Positions 10,240 to 20,252 are shown, counted from the first letter of the stretch. The stretch is DNA of 64,000 bases from an uncultured Nitrososphaerales archaeon (GCA_963695855.1 CAVOHZ010000010.1:1504001-1568000); one strand, 5' to 3'. Notes: generated by a model not told the origin, from the letters alone. Program-made: numbers and translations.

Positions 10240-10803
10240 ATGGCTCAGATGCCCGCTCTAATACCAAAAGAAGTAGAAATTCAAAGACTGAAAAAGATCT
10301 ACATAATGGTCATTATGTTAGGTTCTATCGCTGCATCAGTAGAAGTTGATAACTTCGTTGATGGTTCTTTACATCAGACAGCTATTAGGGATAGTGCATT
10401 CACACCAGCTCATTGGTGGTTATACAGTCACTTTATTGCATTACCATTAGGATGGGGATTTGTCGCAATGTACGACAGAAGAGTTCCTGTCCTGAGAGGT
10501 CCAAACAATTCTATGAATACAGGATTAAAGATAACCATAATTGGTTACTTGGCTACAATGTTTACCATTGGTATCAACGAAATGTGGCACTTCTGGTTCG
10601 TAGAAGAAATATTTTCTGTTCCTAACCACTGGATGTTTAACATGGGAGTCGTTGTGGCTTTCATGGGTGCTCTTGCTTATGTAGTAAGAGTATATGCACG
10701 TCTAGTAGAACTTGGTGCTGAAACACCAGGAAAGAACCCGTATGTAGCAGAGATGTACAAGCTAGCATTGGAAGGAAAACTGTACAGCAGATCCATTCCA
10801 TAG
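10240..10803 (+). CDS. amoC: Ammonia monooxygenase subunit C (copy 2), 187 aa
   Basis: Same translation as copy 1. Confidence 0.97.
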   Translation: MAQMPALIPKEVEIQRLKKIYIMVIMLGSIAASVEVDNFVDGSLHQTAIRDSAFTPAHWWLYSHFIALPLGWGFVAMYDRRVPVLRGPNNSMNTGLKITIIGYLATMFTIGINEMWHFWFVEEIFSVPNHWMFNMGVVVAFMGALAYVVRVYARLVELGAETPGKNPYVAEMYKLALEGKLYSRSIP

Positions 10804-10825
10804 AAAAAAAGACTTCAATCCACTC

Positions 10826-10840
10826 TTTTTTTATTTTTTT
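10826..10840 (+). terminator. Oligo-T archaeal terminator of amoC
   Basis: T7-A-T7 tract ~20 nt after the stop codon; mirrored at copy 1. Confidence 0.55.
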
Positions 10841-10951
10841 GTATTTGTTGTTAGTGTTAAAGTTATTATATTGATAGTCGAAAAAATTATTCAATACAAA
10901 GATACCTGAATAAATATTAAATATGTGTAAGCGATCTTTCTAACAGGGTTA

Positions 10952-11296
10952 TTGGACCAATGTTATATCTGTGGATCAAAATTTGGTAATGTTATATGTG
11001 CATACTGTAATCAAAATACATGTTCATCTTGTTTGATCGAATCGGAAAGAAAATGTAAAAGATGTGCAATCTCTAAAAAACGACCTTCCGGCTTTCTAAG
11101 AAGAAACATTCCGTTCATATTGGGTATGGTTGCCGTATGGTTTTTTGTTTCAGGTTTGTATCCTTTTCCGTATTTTTATGCTGTAGGAAAACCAGTTGAT
11201 GAGGCAATAATGCAACCGATTCTCATAGCTACGGCCATTTTTATGATTCCTTTCATATTTATGATGATTGCATGGAGAAAAAGACCACCGTATTAA
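10952..11296 (+). CDS. Membrane protein with Cys-rich (Zn-binding) N-terminus
   Basis: Four CxxC pairs followed by two TM helices. Confidence 0.75.
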   Translation: MDQCYICGSKFGNVICAYCNQNTCSSCLIESERKCKRCAISKKRPSGFLRRNIPFILGMVAVWFFVSGLYPFPYFYAVGKPVDEAIMQPILIATAIFMIPFIFMMIAWRKRPPY

Positions 11297-11376
11297 GAGC
11301 AGCTTCTAAATATATTGTAATATATTCCACAATTTTTAAAGATTAAATAAATAAGAAAATCAATTATCTGATAATC

Positions 11377-12756
11377 TTGCAAAAAGTGTTTTTACAATAT
11401 GATAAAGGTTCAATCATTATATCTGGACTAGCTCAAATTCCATATACAATATTTGATCCTAGAACTAATCAATTAAGAGCACAAGGATTTTACTATTCAA
11501 ATATTATCTCGTTTTTACAGCAAAGTGGTATTGAATATGAAGATCGTGTTATGGATATAATTCCAACACCATCTCTTACTATATCTGATTCAAATATTAA
11601 ACTATCTTTAAGAACATATCAAAAAAAAGCCATAGAAAATTGGGTAAACGCAGACAAAAAAGGATGTATAATTTTACCTACTGGGTCGGGAAAAACAATT
11701 ATAGCTATCAAGATAATTGAATTAATAAACTCTTCATCTATTATCATTGTACCAACAATAGATCTAATGGATCAGTGGATGAATGTTCTTTCAATATATT
11801 TCAAAAATCTGAAAATAGGAAATATAGGAGGAGGAAACTCGAATATTAGTGGTATAACAGTTTCTACATACGATTCTGCATTTCTTAAAGCACATCTAAT
11901 AGGAAATAAATTTTCTCTACTTATTTTCGACGAATTGCATCATCTAGCTGCACCAGGATATAGGACTATTGCAGAGCAATTTGCCTCTCGATATAGATTA
12001 GGTCTAACTGCTACTTATGAAAGAGAAGATAATCTCCATCTAGAATTTCCAAAGTTAGTTGGAGGCATAGTGTTTCAATCACATGTTAATGAATTAACTA
12101 AAGAGAAACACTTGGCATCTTTTGTTGTAGAACGGAGATTTGTAAAGTTATTACCAGAAGAAAAAATAGAATATAATCAAAATTACGAGTTATATCAAAC
12201 TCTATTAAAAAAAATTGGGATTAAATTACGCGGTCAAATGGGGTTGCAGAAATTAATAATAATTTCAGGAAAAAACAAAGATGCAAGAGAAGCCTTACTT
12301 GCTAGGAATAGAGCTTTAGATATTGCTCTAAACAGTCAGTCCAAGGTGGAAGAATTAAGAAATATCCTTAATGAAAACCATGGATTAAAAACTATAATAT
12401 TTACACAACATAATAAATTGGTATATACAATCTCTGACAAATTTCTAATTCCATTTATAACTCATAAATCAAGTAAACAGGAAAGGGAAGATACCTTAAA
12501 TGGCTTTAAAGACAATAGGTATAATGCTGTAGTAACATCCAAAGTATTGGACGAAGGTGTAGATGTTCCAGAAGCGGAATTGGGTATAATAGTTAGTGGT
12601 ACTGGTAGTAAAAGGGAGTTTATTCAACGTTTAGGGCGTCTGTTGAGAACTAAACCAGATTCAAATAAAAGAGCGAAATTAATAGAAGTAATTTCTTCTG
12701 AAACACAGGAAATTAATACAAGTGCTAGGAGGAAGCAAGCTCTTAAAAATATTTAA
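11377..12756 (+). CDS. xpb: XPB/Rad25-like SF2 DNA helicase
   Basis: PTGSGKT, DELH, GLTATYERED (RED motif), QRLGR. Confidence 0.88.
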   Translation: MQKVFLQYDKGSIIISGLAQIPYTIFDPRTNQLRAQGFYYSNIISFLQQSGIEYEDRVMDIIPTPSLTISDSNIKLSLRTYQKKAIENWVNADKKGCIILPTGSGKTIIAIKIIELINSSSIIIVPTIDLMDQWMNVLSIYFKNLKIGNIGGGNSNISGITVSTYDSAFLKAHLIGNKFSLLIFDELHHLAAPGYRTIAEQFASRYRLGLTATYEREDNLHLEFPKLVGGIVFQSHVNELTKEKHLASFVVERRFVKLLPEEKIEYNQNYELYQTLLKKIGIKLRGQMGLQKLIIISGKNKDAREALLARNRALDIALNSQSKVEELRNILNENHGLKTIIFTQHNKLVYTISDKFLIPFITHKSSKQEREDTLNGFKDNRYNAVVTSKVLDEGVDVPEAELGIIVSGTGSKREFIQRLGRLLRTKPDSNKRAKLIEVISSETQEINTSARRKQALKNI

Positions 12757-12914
12757 TAGTGTAACTATAATTGATAGATAGATTATTTTTAAAAAAAACT
12801 AAAAATCAAATAAAATATTTAAATAATTTCTTTATCTTACATATTAACTCAAATCGCATCAAAAAGAATTAAATTAACTCGTTAATATGTTAGATTTTAC
12901 ATAATTATTATAAT

Positions 12915-15185
12915 ATGTCAAATAATAAATACATAGAATATAGTAACCTGTCGGAATCAGAAAATTATATAGATCATCCTCTAATCAAAAAAAAATCAAT
13001 TGATCATCGATTGTATCAAACCAATATTGTTAATTCGTCGAGGGGAAAAAATTCAATGGTCATTCTTCCAACTTCTTTAGGAAAAACAATAATTTCAGCT
13101 CTATTATCTGCGGATGTTCTTTATAATTTTAAAACTATGAGGGTTCTAGTAATGGCTCCAACGAGACCATTAGTATTGCAACATATGTTCTCGTTTTCTT
13201 CAGTACTTAAAATATTAAACAATCAAAAAATCTTTGTTACAGGTCAAATCCCACCATCTACAAGAAAGTTGATATGGGATAATAAAAATATCAGATTGAT
13301 ATTTTCAACTCCTGAGATAATAAGAAATGATCTTTTTGAAAGCCGTTTATCTCTAAGTGATTTTGGATTGGTGGTTTTCGATGAAGCTCATAGAGCAGTG
13401 AAGGACTATGCATATACATATATTGCAAAAAAATATCTAGAACAGTCACTAAATCCAGTCATTCTAGCTATGACTGCAAGTCCTGGATCAGATGGTATCA
13501 GGATCGACCAAATCTGTGAACATCTTAGTATTGAACATATAGAGTATCGAAATGAAGAGGATTCTGATGTAAAACCATATGTCAATCCAATCGATCTGAG
13601 TTGGGAATTAATAGATCTATCATGTGATTATAAAAATATTGTACATCTATTTCGCGAAATATTAAAAGAAAAATTAAGATGGTTGGTTTATCGTGGATTA
13701 ATTCAAAAAAAAAATCTTGAGTATATATTTAAAAGTGATTTATTAGAACTTGGAAAAGTTCTCCAAAGAAATCTACAATTTTCGGTAACTGAAGAAAAAG
13801 GTCAGTTGTACTCTGCTTTGTTAAACCAGTCATCTGCTCTTTCTTTAATGTACTGCATAGAATTAATCGAGAGTCAAGGTCCGTATTCTCTTGAAAATTT
13901 TATCAAGAGAATGGAATCTAGTGAGGGAAAAGCACATTCTATACTCTTAAAAGATTCGAGAATGGACGAAATAAAAAAGAAACTTGCAAATATTTCAGAC
14001 CATCCAAAAATTAAATATATTATAGATTTATTGGATCAAAATAAATTCGTTTCCAATATACGGGATTCAAATAATACAAATCTTTCATTAGACTCTAATT
14101 CTAAAATATTAATTTTTACTCACTATCGAGATACAGCTACACATATTGTTGATGTATTAAAACAAAGAAAAATAAGATCCTGTAGATTTGTTGGACAATC
14201 GAGCAAAAATAATGATGTAGGAATGAAACAGGATGAGCAATCCAATGTATTAGATTCATTTAGAAGAGGCGAATTTAATATATTGATAGCTACATCAATT
14301 GCAGAAGAGGGACTAGATATCCCTGAAGTGGATTTAGTTATTTTTTATGAACCTGTTGCAAGTGAAATAAGACATATACAAAGAAAAGGAAGAACTGGCC
14401 GTAGGTCAAAAGGTAAAGTTATAATACTTGCTTCAAAAGATACTGTCGATATGCGTTTGCTATATGCAAGTAAAAGGCGCATTGAGAAGATGAGAAATAT
14501 ATTCAATACAAAAAAAACCTCACTAAAACCAATGAAACGAAATCAAATATCCTTAACTCCATTAACTGAAAAAGAATTAGAATCACTTGAAGAATTACTT
14601 GAAAAAGAAAAAGCCACTCTAGGTACGGAAGACTATGATTTCAAATTACAAAATTACAAGCTATTAGCAAAAATGAAAGATAATAAATTTGATGACAAAT
14701 ATTTAAGCAATAAACAATCAAGATTTGATGGAATTATTAATTCAAAAAATATATCTAAAAGTAATAATAAATTGATAAATAAAACAATTAGAAATATTTA
14801 TGAATTGTTGGTAAGAGAGAAAATAAATAAAAAGACCCAATTTGATCTAAGATATTTGTCCGATCATTTTTCTATAGACTATAACATATTGTTAGATGCA
14901 ATTGATCAACTCCAGAAAGAGCATATGATAACAGTAAAAAATAATTCTATTATTTTTAATAAAATACCAAATTCTAAAGAACAAAAATATATGATCTATG
15001 TTGAAAAAATATTGCCAGGAAAAGCATCTGTGCTAGTAAACGGACGATGGCATGCCGAATTAAATTATTATGATTATGATGGCCCACGTAATATTTTGAA
15101 AAAAGGATCCGAATTTATGGCAAGAGCAGATCTTTATAATAATGAAGGATCATTTTGTATTAGAATAAAAGAAGTAATTCTGTAG
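12915..15185 (+). CDS. Hef/FANCM-like (ERCC4-related) DEAH helicase
   Basis: LPTSLGKT, DEAH, MTASPG, ATSIAEEGLDIP, QRKGRTGR; no ERKxxxD nuclease motif seen. Confidence 0.88.
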   Translation: MSNNKYIEYSNLSESENYIDHPLIKKKSIDHRLYQTNIVNSSRGKNSMVILPTSLGKTIISALLSADVLYNFKTMRVLVMAPTRPLVLQHMFSFSSVLKILNNQKIFVTGQIPPSTRKLIWDNKNIRLIFSTPEIIRNDLFESRLSLSDFGLVVFDEAHRAVKDYAYTYIAKKYLEQSLNPVILAMTASPGSDGIRIDQICEHLSIEHIEYRNEEDSDVKPYVNPIDLSWELIDLSCDYKNIVHLFREILKEKLRWLVYRGLIQKKNLEYIFKSDLLELGKVLQRNLQFSVTEEKGQLYSALLNQSSALSLMYCIELIESQGPYSLENFIKRMESSEGKAHSILLKDSRMDEIKKKLANISDHPKIKYIIDLLDQNKFVSNIRDSNNTNLSLDSNSKILIFTHYRDTATHIVDVLKQRKIRSCRFVGQSSKNNDVGMKQDEQSNVLDSFRRGEFNILIATSIAEEGLDIPEVDLVIFYEPVASEIRHIQRKGRTGRRSKGKVIILASKDTVDMRLLYASKRRIEKMRNIFNTKKTSLKPMKRNQISLTPLTEKELESLEELLEKEKATLGTEDYDFKLQNYKLLAKMKDNKFDDKYLSNKQSRFDGIINSKNISKSNNKLINKTIRNIYELLVREKINKKTQFDLRYLSDHFSIDYNILLDAIDQLQKEHMITVKNNSIIFNKIPNSKEQKYMIYVEKILPGKASVLVNGRWHAELNYYDYDGPRNILKKGSEFMARADLYNNEGSFCIRIKEVIL

Positions 15186-15336
15186 ATCTTGGTATATTAT
15201 AATGTCCTTAGCAAATATTATAAAATGATTTTTGTATCATTTGTTGAAGATTTCATTATTGATAAACGATATGTAGATCTTATATATATCAGAAAAATTT
15301 TGAATTTTAATGCTTCTATTAGTAAAAAATATCTTT

Positions 15337-16290
15337 CTAGGAAGCAATAATCCCTTTAAATTTATCAGATATTTCATTTTGTGTCAAGTTAGAGCCAACT
15401 GCCGTGATTTTAGCATTTAAAGAATATTCTCCATCTGGATTATTACTTCTAATATGATATGCTCCTATAATAGAATCGCTAAAATCTGGACCATATACCA
15501 AGATATCGTCAAGATCGCTTGAAATAAGTTCGATCTGAAGGTCGTTTCCTAGCGCAACAAAGGACTTTGAAAAAACTGTCTTCAAGTTCTTGTCATCATG
15601 CAAGGTAATAGTGTAAGTTAATGGCACAGTTTTTTCAAAGTTAACGGAAGTTGGTTGGAAATCTAGTAAAATTCTATCATTTTCGGTAGTATTAAAAACC
15701 CAATCGTTTTGGGAATTATCCATTAAACCCATGTCAGATCCAGAATTCAATTTTATGTTATTACCTTGCTTAAAAGAATCACTTACATAAACAGAACCTA
15801 TCATCCAAGGATGAATCTCACAATGATATGCAACTCTTCCCGGAGTATCAAAAGTATATTGCATTGAACCAGAATAAGGTATAATACCTGAATTGAACAT
15901 TTTTCCTGAATTCGGTGATCCTGGCGCATCGCTAGTTACAGTATGTATTGCTTCTGGATCAAAATTAAACCATGCTACAGTAGTGCCCATTGGTATGGCA
16001 ATATTTAGGGGATAAAAATGTTGAAATTTGTAACTGATACCCGTACCCGTAGTTATATCAACAGCATAAGTAGGCAGTACCTTGTGGGAGGTTGGAGGTG
16101 GAACCATTCCATTTTCTCCGAATATCTCTGCATTTGATAAGAATAAGGTAAAGATGATTGCTAAAAATAGAAATAAAAATATTGTCAATAAATAAACTTG
16201 TATATAGGCCTTAATATCAGTTATGTTTACACTAGATTCATTTGCAATCATCTGTAACATCTTTAATAATGATTCTATATAGTAAAACAA
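15337..16290 (-). CDS. Membrane-anchored cupredoxin (plastocyanin/azurin-like) protein
   Basis: TM helix, then HTVTS...YHCEIHPWM type-1 copper ligands; start uncertain. Confidence 0.85.
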   Translation of the reverse strand: MFYYIESLLKMLQMIANESSVNITDIKAYIQVYLLTIFLFLFLAIIFTLFLSNAEIFGENGMVPPPTSHKVLPTYAVDITTGTGISYKFQHFYPLNIAIPMGTTVAWFNFDPEAIHTVTSDAPGSPNSGKMFNSGIIPYSGSMQYTFDTPGRVAYHCEIHPWMIGSVYVSDSFKQGNNIKLNSGSDMGLMDNSQNDWVFNTTENDRILLDFQPTSVNFEKTVPLTYTITLHDDKNLKTVFSKSFVALGNDLQIELISSDLDDILVYGPDFSDSIIGAYHIRSNNPDGEYSLNAKITAVGSNLTQNEISDKFKGIIAS

Positions 16291-16799
16291 TATTATTTAA
16301 AATATAAATGACATCAGATATCTATCAATCTTGAACTTCTAGAAGAATAAATAACTTCATTATCCCATAAATTATATTTGGTTAAAATCAATTCAATAAA
16401 TTCAAAAATAGAATACAATTGTCTTGAAATGATAAGTGTCGTGCGACTTTGGTAACCTGAATAAATTTTAAATGAGAATTTGCTATTACCAATATATATT
16501 GATTAATTTTAACGAAAAAAGGATTATTGTTGTTTTTTTAACAAATGGTTATTGATCTGTCAGTTTTATGGAAACAATAATGAAGAACACAAATATTACA
16601 TGAACTGTACTATTAGGATCATATTCATATAAATCTTGATTGCATAAGTTTGGCTAATCTTACCTATCAATTATCAATGTAGTTTCATATTTTTTGCATA
16701 AATAGCTTTAACGTTGTATTGTATATCTTGCTACAAACCAACATGAGTTATTAAAGAATTGATGTAGCAAATAAATTCTAGAAAATGTTCTAAAACGTA

Positions 16800-16826
16800 A
16801 GTTTATGACGGAAATTTGTACCCTTA
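16800..16826 (+). repeat. Left terminal imperfect inverted repeat (putative attL arm)
   Basis: agtttatgacggaaatttgtaccctta matches the reverse complement of 28433-28459 at 20/27 positions. Confidence 0.55.
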
Positions 16827-16863
16827 ACGTTGGTAAAAGAGTGATATTAGACAAAAAAAACTA

Positions 16864-16883
16864 AAAAACGTTGAAAAACGTTG
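16864..16883 (+). promoter_or_regulatory. Tandem AAAAACGTTG x2, putative operator
   Basis: 10-bp direct repeat just before TTTAATATTA and the RHH gene; another AACGTTG at 16826. Confidence 0.4.
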
Positions 16884-16910
16884 GTTTAATATTATAGTTC
16901 TGTATTAACA

Positions 16911-17099
16911 ATGTTGATGAGTCTAATAAATCCTACTATAGATTCAAATAAAACTAAAAAAAGGTATTGGCACATTCTTGTGTCCGACGAGAATCGTAAA
17001 AAATTGAAAATGCATGGCATGGCAGGAGATTCCTTCAACGATGTGATATCCAAATTGCTATCTCAAAATAATGTATTGGAGACTGATACTTCTAAATGA
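16911..17099 (+). CDS. Small RHH/antitoxin-like DNA-binding protein
   Basis: ILVSDENRKKLKMHG...SFNDVISKLL strand-helix-helix pattern. Confidence 0.7.
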   Translation: MLMSLINPTIDSNKTKKRYWHILVSDENRKKLKMHGMAGDSFNDVISKLLSQNNVLETDTSK

Positions 17100-17115
17100 T
17101 AATAATTTATAAAAC

Positions 17116-17448
17116 GGACTGGTTGGGCCATTACCCCACAACCAAGTCCTTAAGCGCAAGTCCCTCACGAACTCCACGCAGAGCCACAACAGAATCGCCA
17201 CGCATGGCATCCCTATCAATAGTGAACGACAATGGAAGATAGTAAAAATTCGCTAATAAGTCTTCCGTACTCATTTGTCGGTTACGCACAGAATACGCTT
17301 GCAAAAATTCACAAAATCTCACAAATTTTAACAAATTTTAACGCTAGCATCCCCTCCGTCGTCGTTTGTTGCGGTTTTAAGTGTTTTCCCGTGACAAACG
17401 ACAAAAAAATGAGTGAGGTACATTCGACATATTATCTGGCGGAGGGTG
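17116..17448 (+). ncRNA. Candidate structured leader RNA of the replication operon
   Basis: Three stem-loop domains with several G-U pairs on the + strand; the outer stem covers a GGAGGGTG SD-like site. Confidence 0.5.
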
Positions 17449-17455
17449 TAACGAT

Positions 17456-17674
17456 TTGACTAGAACTAGAAGAAAAAAGGCCGTATCTATAAAAAATAAA
17501 AATATCGATAGCATTCCAAATGATAAAAAGTTTACCTGGGCGTGGGAAACCAACAGAAAAACTATTGTTGCCAGGTCAAAGTGTCCTTGCTGGGTATGTC
17601 TGGATAGCGGGATCAAATACAACTATGAAGTTTCATCTGGTAACAAACCGTTCGAAGGAGTGTTTTTCATATGA
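17456..17674 (+). CDS. Small basic Cys-rich protein
   Basis: CPCWVC motif, SD-like GGAGGGTG upstream, ATGA overlap with the next gene. Confidence 0.6.
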   Translation: MTRTRRKKAVSIKNKNIDSIPNDKKFTWAWETNRKTIVARSKCPCWVCLDSGIKYNYEVSSGNKPFEGVFFI

Positions 17675-19632
17675 CTGCTGCTTCAGAAGAAAATAACAAT
17701 AACGCTAGAGAATTAAAGCAAAGTCCAGAAGTCCAAAAAAGCGAACTGATTAAAGAAGCCTATTACTACCCAGATAATAATAGAGTAAAAATATCACTTA
17801 ATGGAAAGATAGACGCCGACATTGTATTTACACTGGTTATAGATGATTGGACACGCAACATAAAGATAGTAATGGACCAGGCCCAGGCATATGGGTACAC
17901 GGATAAGGCACACAGATCAATCTTTTACAGATTCATAAATGATAATGAGGACATTTTAACATCTAGTAATAATAAGGCTAAAGAAAAGCAGACACAACAG
18001 CAAGAAGAAGATGAGGAACAAAAAAAACAACTCATTCCAACCCTCAAATACTCGCAAATGGGAAAAGGTGACCTGTATGAATCCGTATTCATCGGAGATT
18101 TCCCGGCATACATAAAATATAATAGGAGCACAGGAACATTTGAAAGATATGATAAGATTGAAGAAGCAATCAGAATCCTAAGACCTCCAGCAATAGAAGA
18201 GTGTCCACACCTACCTTATGAATTTGATAGTCTGGATCAGATTAATGGTATTGCCAAGTTTATTGAAGATAACAACATAGACCGAGATTATTTGTACTAT
18301 ACATGTTACAAAATAGTCTCCAAATATAACAACCAATTACCACACAAATTAAAATTAATAACAATAAACATAATCGCCTCACACTTTCAGGATATGTTCT
18401 CAACAACGCACTACCTTTATCTGGTTGGTGGTAATGGAAGCGGTAAAAGTTCTATTGCAGAGACACTTAGAGGACTTGCTTATAGGGCCGCAGTAATGAC
18501 GGATCCAAGTGCACCCAACTTATTCAGATTGTTGGGAATGGTGGAGTCTATGTAGTGTACCATGGTACTGGAAGAGGCCGACAAAATAGACAAGTCCACA
18601 GATTTAATGGCAATTTTGAAGACAGGTTTTGCATTTGGTGGGACTACTCCCAAAGTCAATCCCTACACAAACCTATCTGAACGATTCTTTACATACTGTC
18701 CTAAAATAATAGTGTCGGAAAGGTCATTAAATCAATCAATTGCAAAAGGTGTTAATTCGAGAATCTTTTCTATCAACTGTTTCAAGGGAAGCATAAAACA
18801 TGATATCCTAGAAATCCTAAATCCTACTAATACAGGTGGACCAGAGAACAAAAGGCTGCTGCAAGAGATTATGAACTTTCGAAAGTTGTTGCTGGTTTAC
18901 AGATTGATGCACTTCAAGGATATGATTCCAGACTTAGATATAGGTGTAGAAGGTAGGGATAGACAACTTGTAAAATACTGTATACAACTCTTTCATGGGT
19001 GCAAATGTCAGGATGAAGTAATTAAAACCGTTCAAAAATTCTTGGATACCAAGAACAATAAAAAACAAGCATCAATTGAATCCGTCTTACTACCGCTAAT
19101 TGATAAACTAATCGAGACCAAGAAAACGAATCAAGTTTCATCTTTAGACTTCTGGAAAGCAGTAATTAACGAGATTCCAGGACTACCAGACCTGCATAAA
19201 CCTAATGAATTTCATACAGACGATTACGGGACATTATACAGAACAACGATATCAGGTGTGGTTTGTGATTGCTTTGGTGCAAGTATAAAGCATGGCGATA
19301 AAGGAAACATCTTGGTATTTGACCGTACCGTAATTAAGGAACTGGTAAAGTCGGATATAGAGAATGATAAAACCAGAATAGTCGTTAACGAAATACCTCC
19401 TGGTCAATCAGTAGTGGAAGAAGAATATGAAGAATATGAAGATGACGAGTACGATGAACCTGAAGGCCTGAATAGTCTGAAGGCATCTGGGGAAGGGGGT
19501 ACCCCTGATTTGGAAAAAAATGACGAGGGAGCCGAAGAGCAGGAGGAGACAGAATCAGAGCCACTAGAACCAAATGATACATATTACCAGTTTGGGAAGA
19601 AAGGCCAATGGCGTGAGGGTATTCCACCTTGA
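17671..19632 (+). pseudogene. P-loop replication ATPase/helicase (DUF3631-like) with an in-frame TAG at 18553-18555
   Basis: ORFs 17671-18555 and 18562-19632 are in the same frame; Walker A GGNGSGKS before the stop, Walker B VLEEAD just after. Confidence 0.8.
19460..19499 (+). repeat. Iteron-like CTGAAGG array plus G-tract (inverted partner at 20034-20073)
   Basis: 32/40 match to the reverse complement of 20034-20073. Confidence 0.7.
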
Positions 19633-19994
19633 TAAATCCTACATTAACGCTAACACCCAAGCAAAAGAAAGAGTTGATGGCAGGGGAAAGGGAAGCAGGA
19701 GCACCATCCTTTTTTAGTTACGGTTATCTTGATACTGAGAATAGACAAAAGATTCTTGAATACCTGAATGAAGGTAAAAGATTGAGGTGTCATCATCAAG
19801 ATTGTCAGAGTTTCAATAGTGAGTTCATAACCCTTTATGATTATAATAGACACTGTCATAGCAATCATCCTAGACAACCGCTACATCCATCACTACAGTA
19901 TATCGAAGACTTGACTACAACATATTTTATTGCTGTAAATGAAAAAGCCTGGCGTAAATCACGACTGGTACCTAGGGGTAATCCGTGGGAATGA
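19629..19994 (+). CDS. C2H2-type Zn-finger protein
   Basis: CHHQDC...HCHSNH; TTGA overlap with the ATPase stop codon. Confidence 0.6.
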   Translation: MINPTLTLTPKQKKELMAGEREAGAPSFFSYGYLDTENRQKILEYLNEGKRLRCHHQDCQSFNSEFITLYDYNRHCHSNHPRQPLHPSLQYIEDLTTTYFIAVNEKAWRKSRLVPRGNPWE

Positions 19995-20033
19995 CTTCAA
20001 CAGTAGAGCAAAAAAGTTCTAAAAACACCTACC

Positions 20034-20073
20034 CCCCCTACCCTAGGAGCCTTCAGGCCCTTCATGCCTTCAG
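20034..20073 (-). repeat. Iteron-like CTGAAGG array plus G-tract, inverted copy
   Basis: Reverse complement reads ctgaaggcatgaagggcctgaaggctcctagggtaggggg. Confidence 0.7.
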
Positions 20074-20252
20074 CCTTAGAGATCCAGAACGACCTAGACT
20101 TTCTTTTAAGACACTTCTCAAATCCGTTATTTCCAAGAACCATAATGACACCAAAGGTAAAGCAGAAGGAAGTATATTCAAAGGAACAGGCACCAGTATT
20201 TTACAAAGAGGTTAAGAGGAAGATAAAAAATAATTATGATGTTGTCGTCTAG
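20064..20252 (+). pseudogene. Truncated, diverged copy of the primase N-terminus
   Basis: EIQNDLDFLLRHFSNPLFPRTI versus EIQAGLDFLLSHFSSPLFPRTI in the next ORF. Confidence 0.7.

Larger units (their letters stand above)
10064..10868 (+). repeat. 805-bp inverted repeat, arm 2
   Basis: Reverse complement of 6127-6931. Confidence 0.95.

Noticed and set aside
6127-10868. Composite transposon or IS interpretation of the inverted repeats
   Set aside because: The arms are amoC cassettes; no transposase or target-site duplication was seen.
16690-16718. dif-like TAA-N6-TTA site (also near 28465-28492)
   Set aside because: The pattern is frequent by chance in AT-rich DNA, and the two spacers and arms do not match.
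17131-17622. ORFs 17131-17334, 17232-17459 and 17377-17622 as genes
   Set aside because: They overlap each other, show no motifs and lie over the structured leader or antisense to 17456-17674; a leader peptide cannot be fully excluded.
18553-18555. Pyrrolysine or recoded amber codon
   Set aside because: TAG is a normal stop in many genes in this window and no pyl genes are present.
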